This document shows positions 26,473 to 32,000 of a stretch of DNA of 32,000 bases, one piece after another. The stretch lies in NCBI GenBank assembly GCA_903828665.1, contig CAIKMZ010000023.1, positions 1 through 32,000 of the forward strand, given 5' to 3'. The DNA comes from an uncultured beta proteobacterium (GTDB taxonomy: Bacteria > Pseudomonadota > Gammaproteobacteria > Burkholderiales > Burkholderiaceae_C). Each line of letters begins with the position of its first letter. The stretch's first letter is position 1. The notes below the pieces were generated by a model that saw nothing but the letters and a program-made list of their open reading frames with translations, ran no database searches and was not told where the DNA came from. The position numbers and the translations under genes are program-made.

Positions 26473-28191
26473 TTACGGCGCCAGTTCTGTCACGCGCTGC
26501 TCCGTCGACTGGTGCACGATTCCCAGCTTCTTGAGGTAATCGCGCAGCGCGTCGCTGTCAACAATGCCGCTGTCCGAACGAAAGCCCCTGGTCGAGCGGA
26601 TGCTGGTGAAGCCGTCGCCGCCACCGGCGACAAAATTGCTGACAACACAGCGGTAGATCGCATCGGGAAGAAGCGGCCGGTAGGCGCCGGCATCATCCCG
26701 GACCACGAGCGCCGTCACGCGCCGGCCCTTGTCGGCATGGCGCGCAACGGTGAAGCGCAGACCCGCCACATAGGGATAAGGTGACGGGTATTTCCTGCTA
26801 ATCAGGAAATCGATGTCGCCCTCCAGCGCCTCTTTCAATTCAGCGCCGCTCAGGTCCAGCAGCACCAGCGTGTTCGCAAACGGCATCACTTCCAGCACGT
26901 CGCCGACCGAAATGCTGCCGGCCGCGAGGTCCTTGCGCACGCCGCCGTTGTTGAGGATGGCCACCTGCGCCCTGGGCACCGCAGCCAGCATTGCGTCGGC
27001 CGCCAGCGGTCCGGGGCCGCTGTTGATGCCGCGCAGCAGGTCCTCGGCGGCGCTCGCCACGCTCGCCTGGCGGTACGTCGCGAGTTGCGCGCGATAGGGC
27101 GCCAGAGCCGCCGCCGCCTTGCCTTCTTCCTGGACCACGCGCACCAAGCCGCCCAGCTTGAAGGTCTGGACGATCTGCGCATAGCCGGGACTGTCAGGCG
27201 GCACCGGGACCGCGTCGCGCACGAAGCGGTCGGTCACCGGGATCACGGGCTTCGCTGCATAGCCGGTGATTCTTCCCTGCGCGTCGAAACTGGCATCGAG
27301 CCGCCCCAGCATCTGAGCCCACTTCCAGGCCTGCAGCACCAGCACCCGGCTGCCGTCCGGCGCCAGCACTTCAGTCGGATAGGGACCGTCGGGCACCAGG
27401 CCGATCGACCCCAGGCCCGCAGCTGCGCCGAGCAGGGTGTGGCTGTGACCGCCGACGATGATGTCGATACCGCTGACCGTCGCAGCGAGCTTCAGATCAA
27501 GCTCGTAACCCAGATGCGACAGCAGCACGATCTTGTTGATGCCCTGCGCCGTCAGGGCGGCGACCTCGCGCTCGGCGCTGGCCCTGGCGTCGAGGAACTT
27601 CAGCTTGCCAACATCCAGCGTGGTCTGCAGCGTTGTTTCCGTGGTCAGGCCGATGATGCCGATGCGCTCGCCGTTGATTTCCTTGACGATGCGCGTCGGC
27701 ACCTGCAGCGCCGCCGTGGCAGCCTCGCCGGAAAAGTCGATGTTGGAGGAGATGACCGGGAACTGCGCCGCCTGAAGGTAAGACGGAATCGCCGCGCTGC
27801 CGCGGTCGAATTCGTGATTGCCCAGCGTCATGGCCGTGACGCCAAGACGATTGAGGAACTCGAACTCGGGCTGGCCGTTGAACAGGGTGAAGTAAAGCGT
27901 GCCCTGCACGGCGTCGCCAGCGTGCAGCAGCAGCAAGTCAGGCTTGGCGGAGCGCATCTCGTCGACCAGCGTCTGCAGCCGCGCAAAGCCGCCGGCCTCG
28001 ACCACGGTCTTGCGGCCATCGACAACGAGGGTCAGCGGCGTTGCTTCCAGGTGCGAATGGCTGTCGTTGAGATGGGCAATGGCGAGCTGGTAGCCGCCGG
28101 TGGTGCTGCAAGCCTGCAGGATGACCGACGCGCAGACCAGCGCAAGGGCGAGGATGCGGCGAACCGACGCGTTGTGAAGAACATGGGTCAC
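26473..28191 (-). CDS. Bifunctional metallophosphatase / 5'-nucleotidase (UshA family), probable lipoprotein
   Basis: NDSHSH, GDAVQG and GNHEFD motifs plus a C-terminal 5'-nucleotidase domain. GTG 28191 gives MTHVLHNASVRRILALALVCASVILQAC (lipobox). The ORF-track 28359 start would nearly abut the divergent gene. Confidence 0.85.
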   Translation of the reverse strand: MTHVLHNASVRRILALALVCASVILQACSTTGGYQLAIAHLNDSHSHLEATPLTLVVDGRKTVVEAGGFARLQTLVDEMRSAKPDLLLLHAGDAVQGTLYFTLFNGQPEFEFLNRLGVTAMTLGNHEFDRGSAAIPSYLQAAQFPVISSNIDFSGEAATAALQVPTRIVKEINGERIGIIGLTTETTLQTTLDVGKLKFLDARASAEREVAALTAQGINKIVLLSHLGYELDLKLAATVSGIDIIVGGHSHTLLGAAAGLGSIGLVPDGPYPTEVLAPDGSRVLVLQAWKWAQMLGRLDASFDAQGRITGYAAKPVIPVTDRFVRDAVPVPPDSPGYAQIVQTFKLGGLVRVVQEEGKAAAALAPYRAQLATYRQASVASAAEDLLRGINSGPGPLAADAMLAAVPRAQVAILNNGGVRKDLAAGSISVGDVLEVMPFANTLVLLDLSGAELKEALEGDIDFLISRKYPSPYPYVAGLRFTVARHADKGRRVTALVVRDDAGAYRPLLPDAIYRCVVSNFVAGGGDGFTSIRSTRGFRSDSGIVDSDALRDYLKKLGIVHQSTEQRVTELAP

Positions 28192-28294
28192 AGTGAAACC
28201 TTGAAACACAGGCCAAGTCGGCCCCGGATGAGGGCCACAGTTTGAACCATTTTCGGAACCAAGCCGCAACAGACAGGAAATACAATCAAGACTC

Positions 28295-28936
28295 ATGCAA
28301 GCCACCCGCATCATTGCCATCCGCCACGGCGAGACCGCCTGGAACGTGGACACCCGCATTCAGGGGCAACTCGATATCGAACTGAACGCAACCGGTCACT
28401 GGCAAGCCCGGCGTGTAGCGCAAGCACTGGCCGAGGAACCGATCAGCGCCATCTACTCCAGCCATTTGCTGCGCGCCTGGGAAACCGCGCGCGCGATTGG
28501 CGGCCGCATCGGCCTGGAACCCCAAGCCTGCCCCGATCTGCGCGAGCGCGGCTTTGGCGTCCTGCAGGGCAAGACCTTTGTTGAAATCGAAGCCGCCTGG
28601 CCAGAACAGGCCTTGCGTTGGCGCCGACGTGATCCGGATTGGGTGCCTGAAGGCGGCGAATCGCTGGTGCAACTGCGTCAGCGCATCGTGCAAACCACGT
28701 TCGCCCTCGCACAGCGCCACCCGGGTGAACAGATTGTGCTGGTGGCCCACGGCGGCGTCATGGACGTGCTGTACCGCGTTGCGACCGGGCAGGACATCCA
28801 GGCCGCCCGCAGTTGGAATCTCGGCAACGCCACCATCAACCGCCTGCTCTGGACGCCGCAGGGCCTGACAATGGTCGGCTGGGGCGACAGCCGGCACCTG
28901 GACCACAATGAAGCCTTGGATGAAAGCAGCACCTGA
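28295..28936 (+). CDS. Histidine phosphatase family protein (phosphoglycerate mutase-like)
   Basis: RHGETAWN catalytic motif at the N-terminus and a second His in VAHGGV. Confidence 0.85.
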   Translation: MQATRIIAIRHGETAWNVDTRIQGQLDIELNATGHWQARRVAQALAEEPISAIYSSHLLRAWETARAIGGRIGLEPQACPDLRERGFGVLQGKTFVEIEAAWPEQALRWRRRDPDWVPEGGESLVQLRQRIVQTTFALAQRHPGEQIVLVAHGGVMDVLYRVATGQDIQAARSWNLGNATINRLLWTPQGLTMVGWGDSRHLDHNEALDESST

Positions 28937-29624
28937 GCAAGGTCGACGCGCGCCCGATGCCGGCACGCGCACGCTGGAATGGCTCCTGATCGCCGCCGCC
29001 GTGCTGGCCACCCTTAGCAGCACGCTCGGCCTGCAGGCGCTGCACTTCATCTGCAAGCCCCTGTCCATGCTGCTCGCCCTTGGCCTGGTCCTGCGGTGCG
29101 CGCGCCGCGCGGGGGCGGTCGAGCGGTTTGACACCCTTCTGATGCTGGCCCTGCTGGCCTCGCTCGCTGGTGACGTGTTCCTGATGCTGCCGGGCGGCTA
29201 CTTCCTGCCGGGCCTAGCTTCGTTTCTCGTGGCGCATCTGTTCTACATCGCGCTGTTTCGCCAAGACGTGCCCTGGTTTGCCAGCCGCCGCGCCCTGGCC
29301 GGCACACTGGCCACAGGAGCGGCCATGTACGCCTGGGTCTGGGGCGGTCTGGGCGACCCGGTGCTCAAGGTGGCCGTGGCGGCCTACGTCACGGTGATTG
29401 CGCTGATGGTGGCGCAAGCGATCGGTCGTGCCACCGTGCAGCAAGACGCAGCGGCACGCGCCGTGGCGCTCGGCGCCTGCTTCTTCATGCTCAGCGACTC
29501 CCTGATTGCCGTCAACCGTTTCGTGCAGCCGCTGCCGCTGGTGCCCCTGTGGGTGCTGAGCAACTACTACCTGGCGCAGATCCTGATGGTGCGCAACGCG
29601 CGGGCCACAATCCGCAATTCATAG
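28908..29624 (+). CDS. YhhN family membrane protein (lysoplasmalogenase-like)
   Basis: Multi-pass membrane protein with an FLVAHLFYI motif. The start is ambiguous (ATG 28908 or 28920), and both overlap the upstream gene's end. Confidence 0.8.
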   Translation: MKPWMKAAPEQGRRAPDAGTRTLEWLLIAAAVLATLSSTLGLQALHFICKPLSMLLALGLVLRCARRAGAVERFDTLLMLALLASLAGDVFLMLPGGYFLPGLASFLVAHLFYIALFRQDVPWFASRRALAGTLATGAAMYAWVWGGLGDPVLKVAVAAYVTVIALMVAQAIGRATVQQDAAARAVALGACFFMLSDSLIAVNRFVQPLPLVPLWVLSNYYLAQILMVRNARATIRNS

Positions 29625-29729
29625 TGCGCGTGGCACTGGATCCCGGATCAGGTCCAGGATGACACCTGCGTCTTGTCATTGCGAGCGCAGCGACAAGCGC
29701 CTTTGGGGGCTGCGCGATAGCAGTGAAAT

Positions 29730-30788
29730 TCAAACCCCAAACATGTCGCCGTCACGGTTCGGCGGCGCCACGCCCAGATGGCGGTAGGCGGCCAAGGTGG
29801 CGATGCGGCCGCGCGGCGTGCGCTGCAGATAGCCTTGCTGGATCAAATAGGGCTCGATCACGTCTTCGATCGTTTCGCGCTCTTCGCCGATGCTGGCCGC
29901 GATGTTGTCGAGGCCGACCGGGCCGCCGTCGAAGCGGTGGATCACCGCCTCGAGCAACTTGCGGTCCATCAGATCAAAGCCTTGCGGATCGACATCGAGC
30001 ATGGCCAGCGCCCGGTTCGCGATGTCCAGTGTGATCTTGCCAATGCCCTTGACGTCGGCGAAATCGCGCACCCGGCGCAACAGGCGGTTGGCAATGCGCG
30101 GCGTGCCGCGTGCTCGACGCGCAATCTCAAAACCGCCTTCTTCATCAGCCGGCACGTTGAGCAGTCCGGCGCTGCGCTTGACGATGCGGGCCAGTTCCTC
30201 GGAGGTGTAGAACTCGAGCCGGGAGACTATACCGAAACGGTCGCGCAGCGGGTTGGTCAGCATGCCGGCGCGTGTGGTGGCGCCCACCAGCGTGAAGGGT
30301 TGCAGGTCGAGCTTGATCGAGCGCGCCGCCGGCCCTTCGCCGATCATGATGTCGATCTTGTAGTCCTCCAGGGCCGGGTAAAGAATTTCCTCCACGACCG
30401 GGCTCAGGCGGTGAATCTCGTCGATGAAAAGAACATCGTTCTTTTCCAGATTGGTCAGCAGAGCCGCGAGGTCTTTCGGCTTTTCCAGCACCGGGCCGCT
30501 GGTCTGGCGCAGGTTGACGCCGAGTTCGTGCGCGATGATGTGCGACAGCGTGGTCTTGCCCAAGCCCGGCGGGCCGAACAGCAACACGTGATCGAGCGCC
30601 TCGCCGCGCATCTTGGCGGCGCTGATGAAGATCTCGAGCTGCTCGCGCACCTTGATCTGCCCGACATATTCGTCGAGCAGCTTGGGCCGCAACGCGCGCT
30701 CGACCGCCTCTTCGTTGGGCGAAGCGGGCCCCGCAGACACCATGCGGCGCGCGGGCGGAGGGGCGAAATCGTCGGTCTGAATGCTCAC
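29730..30788 (-). CDS. ruvB: Holliday junction branch migration DNA helicase RuvB
   Basis: GPPGLGKTT Walker A, DEIHRL Walker B, winged-helix C-terminus. GTG start giving MSIQTDDF. Confidence 0.96.
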   Translation of the reverse strand: MSIQTDDFAPPPARRMVSAGPASPNEEAVERALRPKLLDEYVGQIKVREQLEIFISAAKMRGEALDHVLLFGPPGLGKTTLSHIIAHELGVNLRQTSGPVLEKPKDLAALLTNLEKNDVLFIDEIHRLSPVVEEILYPALEDYKIDIMIGEGPAARSIKLDLQPFTLVGATTRAGMLTNPLRDRFGIVSRLEFYTSEELARIVKRSAGLLNVPADEEGGFEIARRARGTPRIANRLLRRVRDFADVKGIGKITLDIANRALAMLDVDPQGFDLMDRKLLEAVIHRFDGGPVGLDNIAASIGEERETIEDVIEPYLIQQGYLQRTPRGRIATLAAYRHLGVAPPNRDGDMFGV

Positions 30789-30851
30789 AGGGATCTTGGC
30801 TGAAAAGGTGATCCGACTATAGCGTGTGGCGGCAACAGCAGCACCGGAAAA

Positions 30852-31424
30852 CTATTTCGCCAACGCCTTCAGAGCCAGCTTGATGCCTTCGCTCACGCCG
30901 ATGTCGGCAGGCAGGGCCTTAAGCGACACGGCCGCCTCCTTGTCGCTGTAGCCCAACGCCAGCAGCGCCTGCAGGATATCGGCCTGCGCCGCACTGGCCA
31001 GATTGGCGCTCACGCCGATGTCGGCGCCAAGCTTGCCCTTCAGTTCCAGCAGCAGGCGCTCGGCGGTCTTCTTGCCGATGCCAGGCACCTTGATCAGCCG
31101 GCCGGCCTCCTGCAGCGTCACGGCTTGCGCCAGTTCGGTCACGCTCATGCCCGACAGAACCGACAGCGCCGTGCGCGGCCCAACGCCGGAAATCTTGATC
31201 AGTTGCCGGAAGGCCTCGCGCTCCGGTGCGCTGGCAAAGCCATAGAGGATTTGCGCGTCCTCTCGCACCACAAAGTGCGTCAGCAGGCTGACCTTGCTGC
31301 CGAGTTCGGGCAGGTTGTAGAAGGTGCTCATCGGCACATGGACCTCGTAGCCCACGCCATGGCAATCCAGCAGCACCTGGGGTGGATTCTTGTCTTCGAG
31401 CGTGCCCGTCAGTTTGCCGATCAT
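30852..31424 (-). CDS. ruvA: Holliday junction branch migration complex subunit RuvA
   Basis: MIGKLTGTL...GVGYEV N-terminus and two HhH motifs ([18 protein letters not shown]). Confidence 0.96.
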   Translation of the reverse strand: MIGKLTGTLEDKNPPQVLLDCHGVGYEVHVPMSTFYNLPELGSKVSLLTHFVVREDAQILYGFASAPEREAFRQLIKISGVGPRTALSVLSGMSVTELAQAVTLQEAGRLIKVPGIGKKTAERLLLELKGKLGADIGVSANLASAAQADILQALLALGYSDKEAAVSLKALPADIGVSEGIKLALKALAK

Positions 31425-31465
31425 TTCTTGCCTATCATTGGTGCCTCATTTCAGGAATTATCAAC

Positions 31466-32000
31466 TTGATTCTCAGACACCTCTTTTCACCGCCCAATAA
31501 CACCCGCTTGTCGCACCTGTGCGGGCCGATGGACTCCCATCTGCGCAGCATCGAGGTGGCCTTGCAGGTCAAGATCGCGCACCGGCACGAACAGTTCAAG
31601 GTTGACGGCACCAAGGCCAACGCCAAGCGCGGCATGGAAATGCTGCAGGCCTTGTACGAAATGGCGGCGCGTCCGATCGAGCCGGCTACCGTGCAACTGA
31701 TGCTGGCAGGCGACGCCGATATGGATGATGTGGACGGCCCGGCACTCAAGACCAAGCGCAGCGACCTCAAGCCCCGCACCATGAACCAGGCCATGTACCT
31801 GGACAACATCGCCAGCCACGACATCACCTTTGGCATCGGTCCGGCCGGCACCGGCAAGACCTACCTCGCGGTCGCCTGCGCTGTTGACGCATTGCAGCGC
31901 AGCGCCGTGCAGCGAATCGTGCTGACGCGCCCTGCCGTCGAGGCGGGCGAGCGGCTCGGCTACCTGCCCGGCGACCTGGCGCAGAAGATCGACCCCTATT
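31466..32000 (+). CDS. PhoH-like ATPase (YbeZ type), 3'-truncated by the window edge; absent from the ORF track
   Basis: Hand translation of frame 2 gives ...[23 protein letters not shown]...[25 protein letters not shown]...[20 protein letters not shown]. Walker A is at 31838-31861. The proposed TTG start at 31466 follows AGGA at 31452-31455, so the start is uncertain. Confidence 0.8.
   Translation, partial: MILRHLFSPPNNTRLSHLCGPMDSHLRSIEVALQVKIAHRHEQFKVDGTKANAKRGMEMLQALYEMAARPIEPATVQLMLAGDADMDDVDGPALKTKRSDLKPRTMNQAMYLDNIASHDITFGIGPAGTGKTYLAVACAVDALQRSAVQRIVLTRPAVEAGERLGYLPGDLAQKIDPY

Overview
The window has two parts. Positions 1-5726 are a low-GC mosaic island that ends exactly at the glmS stop codon; its left boundary lies outside the window. 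Positions 5727-32000 are ordinary high-GC chromosome, about two-thirds G+C by hand-counted sample lines. Gene content and protein N-termini suggest Burkholderiales/Comamonadaceae, which is an inference only. The core encodes glmS, a livG-livF-SBP-livH-livM-type ABC transporter operon with an Lrp/AsnC regulator, glmU, a lipoprotein and sdaA. It continues with a DSD1-type PLP deaminase, 5-formyl-THF cyclo-ligase, an Slt-type lytic transglycosylase, a small lipoprotein, a GST, cca and a COG1565-type methyltransferase. The remaining core genes are a FolM-like SDR, folB, ttcA, a 5'-nucleotidase, a histidine phosphatase, a YhhN protein, ruvB, ruvA and the 5' part of a phoH-like gene that is absent from the ORF track. 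The island carries a catalytic-domain-only tyrosine recombinase with a lox/dif-like palindrome just upstream of its start codon. It also carries an HUH-motif Rep-like protein, several hypothetical proteins, and a very AT-rich cargo pair: an HEPN-motif (RNxxxAH) protein tail-to-tail with a secreted WG-repeat protein. That cargo pair, together with the recombinase/HUH backbone at a glmS-linked site lacking Tn7 genes, is the best candidate for something new. All functional calls there are motif-level hypotheses. An ~80-nt REP-like repeat also occurs twice in inverted orientation, once inside the liv operon. No tRNA, rRNA, CRISPR array or transposase was recognised.
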